Source: Eledone cirrhosa
Lineage: Eukaryota
DNA length: 64,000 nt
Reading direction: 5' to 3'
NCBI GenBank assembly: GCA_964016885.1
Contig: OZ024743.1
Coordinates: forward strand, 189,162,001 to 189,226,000
Shown here: positions 39,745 to 53,508 of the stretch, in pieces
Layout of the letters: each line of letters begins with the position of its first letter
How positions within the stretch are numbered: the first letter of the stretch is position 1
The notes under the pieces: generated by a model
Database searches by the model: none
Seen by the model: only the letters and a program-made list of their open reading frames with translations
Told to the model about the DNA's origin: nothing
Program-made: the position numbers and the translations under genes

Positions 39745-41606
39745 GTGTAGTATTGTAGGAACATGTGAGCATGAGGTTTACTTATTTGTGCAGAGATAGG
39801 AACAACTTGTCCTAACTAATTAAAATAAACCCAAATATAAAATCATCCAATGTAATGAAATTTTAATTTTCCACTCATAAAAGAAATATAAGAGAAATTC
39901 ACTATTTCAATTCTTTTTGCTTTATTTGAACTGCTGAGATATTGCTAGTGTATAAACTTCAAATCATTATATAAAGAAAAACAAATTACAAAATAACAGC
40001 TACCACTAATTTCTCACAAGCCAACAGCAACTTCCTTTAGTTGCATGCTAGTACTGTTGGTTGCTAAATATATTAAATCTGATAAAAAATAAAAACAGGT
40101 TGAATCTTACATTTGCTTTTCATAAGAACTAATTTGATAGGATTATATTCAAATATTCTATTAAACTTTTTATGAAAAATTTTAGGAAAATTTCAATTTT
40201 ATTACCAATTCCTGAATTATGAATCTAAAACTAACAGTAAATTTTTACTGTGAAGATTAAATACCAGGTTTTTCAGGTAGTTACCTTCTGTAATCTAACA
40301 TCATGTCCAAAGTATAGAACTGCTTTGCATATGATTTTCATATTTTACATTTTTATTTCAAATATTTCATTTATGATCTCCCTGCACTAGAGTTATACTT
40401 TAACATCCTCAGCAGCAACACTATTAACATCCTCTTCAAGTACATAAAAAATGGAAGTCTATAAAGGATTTATAAATATTCAACTTCTATAATAGAAAAA
40501 AACATTTAGCATATTTCCTTCTTTACCATGAATATCTTCTCAAACATATGAAGCCAGTAGAATTTTATGACCAAGATGTAAACATTCTCTCTTATTTACA
40601 ATAGTTTTTCAATGCATATTAACCCGTTTTTAATAAATCGTATTTTGCACTTACAAAAATCTTTAACTAAAAAACATCTAAACATTTTCAAATCTTTCTA
40701 TGATACATAAAAAGCACTGCTATATATCCTTACAAAAATCCTTTTTAATAGCCCTTGCTAAAACTAATTAACAGATTTAACGGATTTTAACATACTTATG
40801 GAAAAACACTGATAATTCTTTATTTTTTGCACTTGTGAATTTATAATCCCATACTTTTTGAATGAACTTTGCTTTGAATCCTGTATTATCTTTGATAATT
40901 TGTCTTATGAGATTAATCAATTTATTGTTACTTTTTATTTTATTTACTGAAGAGATACGATTTTGAGTAGAGTAATTTTACTGATAATATCTGGGGTTTT
41001 ATTTCTCCGCAAAGCGATTGGATGTTCTGGCCGCATTGAAACGCCCATAGTGATGTATAAATAACTAATAATAATACAATCCTTGGTTTTATTGAATTTT
41101 GAATTGTAAATACTCTACTACAGTAACTCCTTTTATTCATCCAGTTTATGCTAGCTCCTGAAGAATGAAGGGTAAAACAAGTGCATCAAGCTTAACTCAC
41201 CTTGATGGACTGGCATGTAATGTAACAACACTGCTTGTTTTCTTGCTATTCTTAGTTTTGAAGAGTAGGCGTACACTTTCATATGTTTGGTCTCAATTAA
41301 TAAAGAAATCAGGATTCCATAAACCACTTAGGACTAACTTCAACTGTTCTATTAAAGGAAACAAGAAGGCAACATTCTGTTGTGACATATTGCTGCCATA
41401 CTGTCTTCATTTTCTCCCCAACAATACAAAAATGTCTAATATTTCCCTCTAACTTTTAATACTAGCAAACATTTTTTGTTGGTCTTAATAATTTTTTGCT
41501 CGTGTTGTGTAAATTTGTTCTCACTACTTAATATTTTTTTCTTGTCTCTTTTGACAAAGTGTATGTGTCTGACTTTGTTTTCTGTCTTGTATTCATTATT
41601 ACTTGC

Positions 41607-42102
41607 CAGTAGAGGGTCGGACGCCATGCTTTGTCGCATAGAGTTATCGCCCTTGCCATTCTGAGTTCAAATCCCGCTGAGGTTAACTTTGCCTTTCATC
41701 CTTATGGGGTCGATAAAATAAAGTACCAGTAATACACTGGGTAATTTCTGGCCTTGTGCCAAAAGTAGAAACAATTATTACTTCCCGCTGGATTGGCAGT
41801 ATCGGTAGAGGGTCGGACACCATGCTTTGATGCATAGAGTTACGATCCTTGCCATTCTGAGTTCAAATCCCACCGAGGTTAACTTTGCTTTCATCCTTAC
41901 GGGGTCGATAAAATAAAGTACAAGTAATACACTAGGATAATTGCTGGCCTTGTGCCAAAAGTAGAAATAATTATTATAAGTTATAAGCAGATGGATTGGT
42001 ATGATCAGTAGCACAATGGCGATTAATCAAGTCTTTTTATATTCAAATAAAGTACCAATAATGCACTGGGTAATTGCTGGCCTTGTGCCAAAAGTAGAAA
42101 CA
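41607..42102 (+). mobile_element. Tandem/composite SINE A cluster (5'-truncated copy + full copy + transduced flank + extra tail)
   Basis: Three family A tails; ATTATTACTT(G/C)C at 41595-41606, 41774-41785 and 42103-42114. Confidence 0.88.
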
Positions 42103-42449
42103 ATTATTACTTGCAGGAGGCATTTCTTGCAATAAGTAAAATTTTAAATCAATTTTAGTAATTTGAAATATTCTTTGAAATATTCGTAAGTCAATTGTTA
42201 AAAGTAAAGATAATAAAATAGTCTGATTAAAATTGAAATTAAAAGTACTGGCACTTTTGTAAATTAGTGAATTTAGTTGGAGGTTAAAACAAAAAAGTTA
42301 TTAATATTGACTAATATATTAAAATCATTGAATCTACCAAGGAATATTTATTTTAATAAGAAAGAGATTGATTCCCCAGATACTGTCATAGTTTTTATTT
42401 TATGAAAATAAATGGTTGTGTTTCCTTTATCTAAATTATTATTTCAATA

Positions 42450-42636
42450 GGGCGGTGGATTGGCAGTATCGGTAGAGGGTCGGACGCCATGCTTTGATGT
42501 ATAGAGTTACGGCCCTTGCCATTCTGAGTTCAAATCCCGCCGAGGTTGACTTTGCCTTTCATCCTTACAGGGTCGATAAAATAAAGTACCAGTAATGTAC
42601 TGGGTAATTGCTGGCCTTGTGCCAAAAGTAGAAACA
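42450..42636 (+). mobile_element. SINE family A with 12-bp TSD ATTATTTCAATA
   Basis: TSD at 42438-42449 and 42637-42648; closest to family consensus. Confidence 0.93.
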
Positions 42637-43491
42637 ATTATTTCAATATTGCTGAATGTTCAATATCCGTTTCTTGGAAGTTAACTTTTGTATTAAATAA
42701 CCAGGTAAAAATCATTTAATAACCAGGTAAAAAGCACTAAATTTATCAGTTAATTCATGAAAGCCAATTATGCAGTTGCACTAATTTTAGATTTTGATTG
42801 TATATTAATCAAGAAGACCAAAGGCTATGAAATCAAAATGCTTGACAATATTTCACTTACTTATGAATTCAAACATTATTCCCTTTGTTATATTATGTTC
42901 TTAAGGAAGCCATATACATTTAGTAGCTTCACTCCAACAACAGAAAATAAGCCTAGTTTATGGTGTTGAAAATTAGCAGTAATAAGGGTGTCCAGTTATG
43001 TATATATATATCATCGGCATAATCATCACCGCTTATCCATTTTCCATGCTAGCATGGGTTAGATGTGTTGGCCTGTTGTGAGTCAAGCTAGTTCCAATTA
43101 CCATGACTTGCTCATACAAGACTCGCTTTGGCTTGGTTTCTATGGCTGGCTGCCCTTCCTAATAGCAATCACATGTACAGTGTGTGCTGGGTGCTTTTTG
43201 TTGTTAAGATCACTATACAATGTGGGCTAGCCAATTTTTGTGGTGTGGGCTGGGTGTTTTTGTTGTGTCATGTACATGACCACTTTATAGTGTGGACTGG
43301 GGGCTGGAGGATTTATCTGGTGAAGGGTGGGGTGTTAGGGTATGGGTGGAGTGTTAGGAAGCAGGTGGTATAAGGGAGGGGTGAAGGAAGGGAAGGTAGG
43401 GGAAGATGGTGCATACTAGATGTATGTTTCAACATTTGCTTATGGGAAGGAGGGTCTTCTGTATTAGCATTTCAATATTTCTGAATGTTCA

Positions 43492-43536
<45 letters not shown>

Positions 43537-43804
43537 GAAGTAGATGGCAGTAGGTTAACATTGCACCCAATTTTATTCATTACATAATAAATATAATGGG
43601 ATGGAATTGTAACCTACTGTCTTCTACTACATTATTATAACGATATTCTATTGTACACTTAACTTCCAAGAAAAGAATATTGAACATTCAGCAATATTCA
43701 AGTATTAATTTAGATAAAGGAAACTGCCATTTATTTTCAGAAAAAATATATGACAGTATCTTGGGAATCAATCTATTACTTATTCTTTGGTATATGTATA
43801 TATT

Positions 43805-45112
43805 TTTTAGAGAGGGTAGAATTCCTGAGATCCATAGATGAATTCTCTCCAGTAGTCTCTAACCTTCATCATTGTCACTATGTCCTGCATCTCCTGGAAA
43901 CCAGTGTCTGCTCTTAGGGCATCAAAATATGTCCTCATTCTCCTTTTTCAAGTGTACCTGTGTAGGGGCTCCACATGACCAGAGCTATGTCGTCAGCAAA
44001 TTCAGCATCTAATACTTTTTTACCTTTAGCTCTCCTGTTCTGAGTCAGTGATACAGTGAAGCCCGAGTCCTGGTGTTTCTCCAGTGTAAGGCGCATATAA
44101 TAGTGCACTGTGATGATGAAAAAGTATGGAGTCAATGTATTGCTCTGGAGCACTCCAGTCAATATCACGAAGAACTCTGTCATCCCATCAGGTGTGATGA
44201 CTTGGTCTCTGGTGTAGGTGTAGAACAGGAATATTAGGTCTATTTTCTTAGGGATTCCATAAACCTGTAAGATCATCATGCAGTCTCAGTCCACAGATTC
44301 AAAGGGCTTCCTGAAGTCGATGAAAACCATGACCACAGGAAGGCTCTTTGCTCTAGCTCTCCCTAGAATCTTCCTCAGCATCAGGTTGTGAATAGTGGTT
44401 GATCTTCCCTCCCTGAAGCCATTCTGATTGTCCATGAGCTTTTTCTCCATCTTAGGCTGGATTTGATTAAGAAACATCCTGTTGAGAGTCTTTGCTACAA
44501 GTGACATCAGTGAGATGCCTCCGTAGTTCTGTACACTCCTGATCTTCTCCCTCAGCACCTTCGCTCTGGCTTCAGTATAAGTGGCACAGTGTTCTTCTTT
44601 CCTCACCCCTACAATCTTCTTCCTCTCCTCTGTAGGATCAGTATATATTCGTCCTTGGTAGCTCTCACATGTTTTCTGGCTGCACAGACTGTTGGGTCTG
44701 CAGAGTTGTCATCCCTCTTCTTAGCATCGGGGTCTCACTTGTTTCTGCCACACTCCTCAGTTCTCACATTCTTTTTGTCATCTGCCTCTCCTCATAGAAC
44801 ACTGAACCTGTTCCTCACCTCTACTGGATAACACTCCTGTAACTCATTATCTTCCTTGATAGCTCTCCATGGCTAAGCCTTACTCTTTCTTAAACTCACC
44901 CAGACCTCACTCATAACAAGTCGGTGGGTACTGCTTAGTGTACTGAAATAACTGTCGGGTTCTGTGTTCAGAACACTATTCCACCATTTCCTCCTCACCA
45001 GATTGAAATCAATCAGGAAATTGGTCAGGTACATATCAGATATGTAGTTCCACATCTTCACTGGCTTCTTTCTAAAACCTAGGCTGGTTGCCTTCAGATT
45101 CACCTCCAGCAT
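43805..45112 (-). pseudogene. RTE-clade LINE ORF2 remnant (RT, internally deleted)
   Basis: NYGGISLMSLVAK, QNGFREGRSTT, FIDFRKPFESV, GVLQSNTLTP, EFADDIAL in minus-strand ORFs. Confidence 0.85.
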
Positions 45113-48100
45113 TTACATTATATTTACTATTGTATTTTCATGGTAAAGGCTTTATCTCACGTAATATCTCACAATATCAAATCTATGAGATTTTGATATT
45201 TATTTTGAGAACAATACCTTAAATTCAGTATGAGTTTGAACAGAAAGAGGTGAGAGAAATTTGACTGTATATAGGTGGTTTAAATGCTAAAGGGTTAAAC
45301 AAGAGACTTTACAACAGCAAAGTTTTTGCTCAGGGCAATGAAGAGCCAGCCAGGCAAGTTAAACTGGATGATATCTTCCATCCAAGTAAACCACAGTCGG
45401 ATTTGAATACAAACAGTCAAAATAAATACCACAAGGCATTCCATTTGAAAATCTAACATCCTAGACTTATTTATCAACCCTAGGAAGATGAAAAGCAAAG
45501 TTGACGATAATATGATTTGAACATGAAATGCATGGAGCTGGAATAAATGACACAACACATCCTAACATGCCTGCCAATTCCCTACCATTAGTGAGAAATT
45601 TATTTGTGAAAGATTTCAAATGACAAAACATAGTGCAACATTCACTATACTTCAATCTAAAAGGTATGAAAGAAGTAGATTTTGTATTAACTTCTCTGAA
45701 AATCATTCAGTAAATAGTTTGATTAAATTACTAAAACAAATGTTTGACTTTCATAGTGCTACTTAAATTACACAGACTTACACTGACTAAATGAAATTTA
45801 TGTTAAGAACTAGAAGATAAAAAGAAATAAATTTACATTTCTGCAATAGAACTAACTTGTTAGCAATGTTAAATGTAAGAAAAAATATTAATAACGTTTA
45901 ATACTATGATATCAGGTATTTGGAAGGGACTGTGTCAATATAATCAATCTCAGTATATGACTGCTAAATACTGTAAAGTGGTTTCTCATAGGATGGGCCT
46001 TCAACTCTAGAAAACCTGCCAAAATGGCTCAAGAGGACTTTTCAGTTGTGACAAAGTTATAACACTCTCCTTAGGGCAATGCATTGCAAATATGCACTCT
46101 GTAGAGTGTGGGATTGTATGTAAGAAAACACAGGCCTCTGGCCCATCTGATAGGTCAGTAGCTTAGCTTAAATACTGACTTGGCTTGTGATGTCCCAATC
46201 AACCCTTGCTAGCAGGGAAAATGGATGTTAAATAATGATGATGATGATGATATATATATTTGAGTTTGTGTACATATCTTTTGACAACATATATCCATAT
46301 CCATGAAATATATAAACAGTGTTGAGAAAAGTGATAAATCAGTGCATTTAAGTGGAAATATATATTTGTATGTGTGCACATGCCTTTCAAATATGTATAT
46401 CCACAAAATATGTAAACAGTAGTGAGAAAAGTAATAAACCAGTGCACTGAAACGAAAACATTTGTATTTCTTCCACCCTAGTTACCTACATTCTCACCGT
46501 ATGAAATGCCATGAAACAGTCATTAGCCCAGAGACAATATCGTTCACACAAAATGTGATGATACAAAATAGGAAATATAATTATGCGGGAGAAAGATGAT
46601 CTGAATTGCTAATCTTACTCAAGGTTTTGCCTGGAGACATTATTGGCAAAATTCAAATTTAGTATGAAGATAACCATCAGCAATCACTCTGCATCTCACA
46701 AAGCAATTGCTGATGATAAAATTGATATGTATTACAAAACATAAACAAAACTTGGATAGAGCATCAAATAGAATTGGCACCAGACACATAATATGAATAA
46801 TCCTCCAAACTTATATATTATTTCCAACATACTCAGTAAATTCGACTCAGTTAATATTTTGTGTTTCTCTTATGTTGCATACTGTTTTATAAATTCTTAA
46901 TAATGAGTATTGGAAATTGAAACTGTTAATTGAATACTGGCGAAAAGCCTTACTTCTTAGCTATCCATTAAATTAAAAAAGCCATATGAAAGCTTTGTAT
47001 ATTAATATTAAGCTCATGGGTGTTTCATCAACTAAATCCTAAAATCACAGACAAGTTAGTATTTATGGTAATGATATTAATAACATATAATAATGCATCC
47101 ATCACATAGTTCATTAACTTGCCCTCAAAGCAATATTTTCCTTCACAAAATTACTGCTATCCAAGTGAACAGATGCATTCTACATTTGATTTTACTATAA
47201 CAATTACAGTAATCCATTGCCATGGAATGGTACTTTATACATTTACAGCAAGAATACAACTAGCAAAGTTGATTTAAATGAAATATAAATCTGAGTGCAA
47301 AGAGCTTGAAGAAATACTACCAGACATTTTATCTAATCATTGAATGACTTTGCTAATTCCCCTCTAATTATACATATATCTGTTATCTAAATCATATAAT
47401 ATAAAATACCAATTATATTTCCAATTTCCCTCAAATTAGTAATACACTAAATTTCATTTGCTTCTCATACAGATAATTGCTCTCATAGAGCCATAGTTAT
47501 TCTTTATCGTGAAAGTTAAAGATAAGCCAAACTTTTTAAATACGATGATAAAAATATTTCATCAAAGCTTCAGAGTAACACATGTAAGAGAAGAGTATAG
47601 CAGATTGAATCAAAGCCCGTATATTATATATTCATTGGATCCTAAAGGGATAAGTAACATAATTTGAGCCTGGCATAGTTTGAATTTAGAAAATAGAACA
47701 TGAGAGTAAATATTGAATGCTTTTTAGTTTAGTTCTGTCATTTTCTTCAGGAATAAAACCCAATATGATGAAAATAAAAAAAATAAAAAACATTTTTTAT
47801 AATCAATATAAATGGGAAAAATGCTGAAAGATTGTATACCTCTAATATTGAAAGAATTAAAATTATTAATGAAATATAAAATAGTATCACAAAGAATGGA
47901 ACACCTCAAATTCACTCTTAAAAAATAATTTTGATTTTAACTCAGCAAACACTACTGAAATTATATTCAACAAACTAAAGAAAAAGTCTTCATTTCCAGA
48001 AAAGTGAAATGGCCTGTGATTATATGGATGGCACTCGATGTATTGATAGCTGATAAATAGAGAAAAATTTGTGAAGATTCTTTGTAACAGCAGAAATATT

Positions 48101-49747
48101 AAAATCAAAGAGAAGTCAGTTGATTTCGTCATATTTTTGTGTAGTTAAGCCGAAGGCAGCTCATTAGTGCATTCACACCTTCAGGCTGCAGAAAAGAGAA
48201 GAAATTTAAGCATCTATTTTCTCAAATTCAAAACTATAAAATAAAATACTTTCCTTCAAGATGATGAAAACAAACATTGATTGAGCCTTAGGTATCAAAA
48301 TGTGTTTACTTAAAATAGTCTGCCAAACATATTTATCCAGAAGGAGAAAACTAAAAATGTTTTCAGTCCACCTACTACAACTTCTACAATAAATATATCT
48401 CTAATTTCATAAGAAAGAGTAGCTACATTTTATTTCATAGCATAGGGTATAATTTGCTGCAAAATAACTGATAATTAATCTATTCATTTTATCATCGTTC
48501 CTCTTCTCTTTCACTCACATTATCTCCCTGTCTCTTATTCACTCTCTGCATACACATATATATATACATATGTATAAATGTATTTGCGTGTGTATATATA
48601 TATATATGACATTAAATTGGAATGATTATTATGATGATGATGATGATGATGATGATATATATTTATCATCATCATCATTTTACATTTGCTTTCAATGCTA
48701 CCATTTGTTGGACAGGAGGTTGATACTGCTTATGACTAAACTGATTGGAGAGATCTAATCTTGCTCATGCACTCCATATCTGGCTTGGTATCTATGATTG
48801 GATGCCCTTCCAAATAGCAACCACCCTATAAAAGGTGCTGAGTATATTTAGATATACATCCATATACATATTTATACATATATATATATATCAGCTGAAG
48901 ATGAACTCAATTGTATAAGACAAACAGACAGCTGCATCTTTACCTCCTCAGCTACCTTGCTGGCGTGCAATTTCATACATTCAGGTGGTGTTCCACTTTT
49001 AATGCCAGTTTGTACAATGGATTAGAAAACTGTTCTGTTGGAAAGATGTATGTGAGATGATAACAAACAAAGAATGTGTTTCAACGAAAACTGATTAATC
49101 TACATATAGATTTCTGTGATTCTGTCACAATGCATATAGAGGAGTAGTTTGACTACCTCATACCATTCCTCTGTCTTTACATCTGCTGCCTGCATGAATG
49201 TATGTGTGTGTAAAGGGAAGTGGATGGTGAAAAAACTATGCTGCGTGTAAGTGTATGTGTGAGTTTATGTGAATGTGTGTGTGTCTAAGTGTGTCTTTCT
49301 GCATTTATATTTATAAATGTGTGCATATGCACATGCACACGTGCACACACAAGTGTCAGCATATGGAAAATCATTTTAGTACAATAAAAATTATAAATAG
49401 AATTATGTAGAGAAAGGAATTAACATATAAAATGTACAACATGTTAATATTGGAAAAACTGAAAAATGTTGACTCTCATCAGAGGAATGTGATCAGGTTG
49501 CAGTTGTAAAGAAAGAGGTCTGTTACCTCCCTCAGATGAAAGATACAATTGACAGCAGTATGGGTTAAAGGGTAAAGAGAGAAAGAGAATGATAGGAAGA
49601 AAAACAAGGAGAAATGAGAAGAGAAGAAAACAGAGAGAGAGAGAGAAAAGAAATAGGGAGACAACAAAAAAGAAATAAAGGAGAGGAGCCATGCAAATAA
49701 AAACATAGTTTATAGAGAAACAGCAGTATGCTATGGATATATATATA

Positions 49748-50432
49748 TCATCATCATCGGTTTTACGTCCGCTTTTCCATGCTTGCATGGGTTGGACAGG
49801 TCCGTCTCAGCACGGCATCACACCACTTGTCGTGTTCCTTCATCATCTCCTCTTCCAGTTTTAGTGATTTGAGGTCAGCTCTCACAACCTCTGCCCAGAT
49901 CTTTCTGGGTTTTCTTCTACTATGGCTTCCTTCCACTGGGATTTCCTGGCATATTCTTCACCCATCAGTCATTGTCCATGCACATCACCTGTCAATACCA
50001 ATGCAGTTTTCTCTCCTGCACACCATTGCGGATTGCCCTTAAGCCCAGCTTCTCTCTCAGCTCACCTAAGCTCTGCATTTCTCTCACACATTGTATATCC
50101 AATGAAACATGTTTGTTTCATTTCTTCCAGTCTAAGCCTGTCCTCTACGGTTACAGCCCATGTACACTACTATGCAGCATTGTACACAGGCATCATACAG
50201 CCTTTCTTTTGTACGTAGGTGGAAACATTTTGTTGTCAGCAGTGGGAACAGTCCTTTAAACTCCTTCCATCCTATCCTTACTTTAGCTATTATAATTATA
50301 CACTTGGAAGAGTCTCCTCCACTGCTAAGTAGGTCACCTAAATAGCAGAAGTTATCAACCATGTCTGATGGATCCTTTCTGTAACTGTAAAAGGTTTATA
50401 CCATTAACAGTCTTCATCCTCATTTCTCCTGT
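49748..50432 (-). mobile_element. RTE-clade LINE 3' portion with (GAT)n tail
   Basis: VDNFCYLGDLLSSGG..VRIGWKEF..KERLYDACV; 3' end CCCATGCAAGCATGGAAAAGCGGACGTAAAACCGATGATGATGA. Short tails of this type recur (e.g. ~16630, 20800, 36090, 43040, 46210). Confidence 0.85.
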
Positions 50433-50879
50433 GCATATATATATCAAAGAAGAACTACGGTAAGAACACTTCGCTTTTTCTACAAAAACACCCTAATGCA
50501 CACAGCATGAACAAAAAGCACAAACACGATAGATATTCCTTTGACCAGACCATCAGAAGTAGAAAAACCAAAGAGATCATTTTCAAGATCTCAACAGAGA
50601 CTACACAAGAAACTGGGCGAAAAAACAATCTAAACCTGAAAGCAAACCTAGGTCATTTTCCCAGATTGTTAAAAATAATGCTAACAAGAAATGGAAAAAT
50701 AATATACCTAATACCAAAAATAAGACAAAAAACATAACAAAACTAAATATAATATCACTACAAAAAGTTCATCAAGCAAACACCAACAGAGAAAAATCCA
50801 TTTTTTAACGTCAGGACAACAAAAACCAGAAAAAGAAAAATCTCCAGTAGGAAACATACCCAAAACAGCTGAACACGTA

Positions 50880-53102
50880 GATCCTAAAATAATTAATTTA
50901 TCTAAAAGAGATCTTGACAATGATGAAATGCAAATTCTGTCAAAAGGACTGAAATTCACACCGTCTCCAACAGTCAACTACCAAGAACTGAAGGAGGATA
51001 CCCAAGAATTCTGTCGAAAATTACGACTTGTAGAATTCTTCGCTGATAAAAGTAACGAGAGTGATGAATCACTAGTAAAGAATAAATCAAATTTCACTCC
51101 GCCAAAAATAAGAAATATCTATCTCGACCAATACATTGACATCATGTCTAAATTTCCTCTTAGACGTAATACTAATGTTAGGCCAAACATTGACAAATCG
51201 GAAATGTCTGCACTTAAACGTATACAAAATGATAAAACAATAATAATTAAACAAGCAGATAAAGGGGGTGCAATTATTATAATGGATGCTGAATACTACA
51301 AAGATTTGGTTGAGGAACAACAACATTCTATCATGAAATACCGTCAAATATAGACCACAACATCATGAAGAAGATCAACAACCTGGCTTCAAAATACTAC
51401 AACTCACTTACTGATAAAGAAAAAGACTACATCACCAATTTTGAGTCAAAACCCAGCAACCTGTATGGCTTACCGAAAGTTCATAAGTCAAAAGACATCC
51501 AACTGACAGTAAAAGAACAAAACAGTGAGTACATTAAATTACTACACCCCAAAAACTTAAAACTTAGACCTATTATAGCTGGTCCAACATGCCCTACCCA
51601 CCGTCTAAGCAATTTTGTTGACATTATTTTGAAACCACTATGTATTCACATACCCAGTTTCATCCGGGATGATATCGACTTGCTGTCCCATCTTCCCAAA
51701 ACCATGGAAACGAATTCACTTCTACTTAGTTTTGATGTGGTAAGCCTTTACACCAACATTACACATGATTTAGGAATAAAGGCGGTTAAATACTGGGTGG
51801 AAAAACATAGAGAGGGGATACCCACCAGATTCACAGCGCCATTTATATTAGATGCAGTCAAACTTATTCTGGAAAACAACACTTTCTATTCAATGGAAAG
51901 AATTTCATCCAAATTAGAGGCACAGCGATGGGAACGAAGTTTGCTCCCGTTTATGTGAACTCTGTAATGGGACACTTAGAACAACAACTCTACCAAGAAA
52001 TAGAGGAAAAATATAGCACTGACTTTAGAAAGTACATTGAAAAGTTTTGGAAGAGATACCTTGACGACTATTTCATCATCTGGACAGAATCTCTAGATAC
52101 TCTGGATGAGTTCAATATCCTCCTGAATAACCTACACCCATCTCTCCAATTCACAAAAGAGATGAGTAGTACCAAATTACCATTCCTAGATATAATGGTA
52201 ATCAAAAATGACACCACCATTACAACGGATATATATTATAAACACACACAGACACCCATCAATATCTGAATTTTAAGTCGTGCCATCCACCTCATACAAA
52301 ACGCAACATCCTATACTGCCTAGCCAGAAGAATTTGTACCATTGTAGAATATACGAATACCAGGACCAAACACCTAGCAGAACTGAGGCAATTTTTGCTC
52401 AAACAAAAATACCCATCTCTACTTATAGAAAATGGCATACAGAGGGCTATAAAAATACCTATACAACAACTTATGACAACCCAAGGAAGAAGAAACCAAG
52501 AACTGGTCATACCATTTATAATGAAACACAACCCATGTCACCAGAATATCTCCAACACTGCCAAAGCAAACCTACTGATCATTGCTTAAAGTAATGAACT
52601 AAAAGGTTTAATCACATACCGATCTTTGACTCTTAGTAAAAGACAGCCGGAAAATTTGAAGCAATTACTAACAAAGGCAAAGTTTGACCTTAACAACAAA
52701 GACCAATCATTCACTGTATCTAAATGCAATGATAGTCGATGTGGCACATGTCAATCCATACACACTGGTCAATATATGAACACAAACACTGGAAAAATAT
52801 TTCCAAATGCAAATATGAACTGCAAAAGCAGAAATCTACTTTCCTGCATTAAATGGCCCAATTGTGATGAACTATATGTCGGTCCAACTGGAAATGCACT
52901 ATCTGAACGTGCACGGGTGCACCGACAGCAAATCAGAGCCCGTAATGTCCGTCAAATACCCATGAGTAACCATCTATCAACATGTTGGCAGAAAATAATT
53001 ATATTTCCATTCTACAAATTACACAGCTCAAGTGAAATCAAGAGAAAAATTAAAGAAAATAATTTTATTGATAAATTCCAACCCAAGCTAAATGAACAAT
53101 AA
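50880..53102 (+). pseudogene. PLE RT + GIY-YIG endonuclease polyprotein
   Basis: IINLS..LSKGLKF, ADKGGAIIIMD, LYGLPKVHK, LRPIIAG, FDVVSLYTNI, MGTKFAP, RYLDD, LPFLDI, a KC..RCGTC linker, NCKSRNL..LYVGPT..R..H, KENNFI..PKLN. Confidence 0.92.
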
Positions 53103-53508
53103 TAATGCTTAGGGGGTATTACTCCTACTATGACTACGACTACGACCATGTCGACTACCAACGCTAACAACAACAACAACAATAATAATAATAATAAAAG
53201 TGATGTTGGTGGTGATGATTACTGAAGATTTTTTATAAAAACCCTAGAAAATGCTATTTTCATCATTTCTAAAAATAGCAAAATAATTGATGCTTTGGAT
53301 AGCGTCAAATAGAAGTTGTTAGACATACTAAACCACCGTGACGGCTAAATCAATCAGCTTTAGTAATCCAGTGAAACTACACACGATTGGTCGAAATACA
53401 GTTTGCAAAAATTAGCATTCTGTAGCTGCTTTTTACTGTATATAAGGCACAAAATTTACCCATCTCATTACAGTTGAAAATTGCAAACTTGACTGTCACC
53501 ACAGAATA

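Noticed and set aside
41595-42114. CRISPR-like repeat/spacer array
   Set aside because: The repeats are TSDs and SINE copies in eukaryotic DNA; no unique spacers or cas genes.
48890-48935. CAG-CTGAAGA..CAAACAGACAGCTG as a decayed hammerhead
   Set aside because: Needs several core substitutions and has no stem II.
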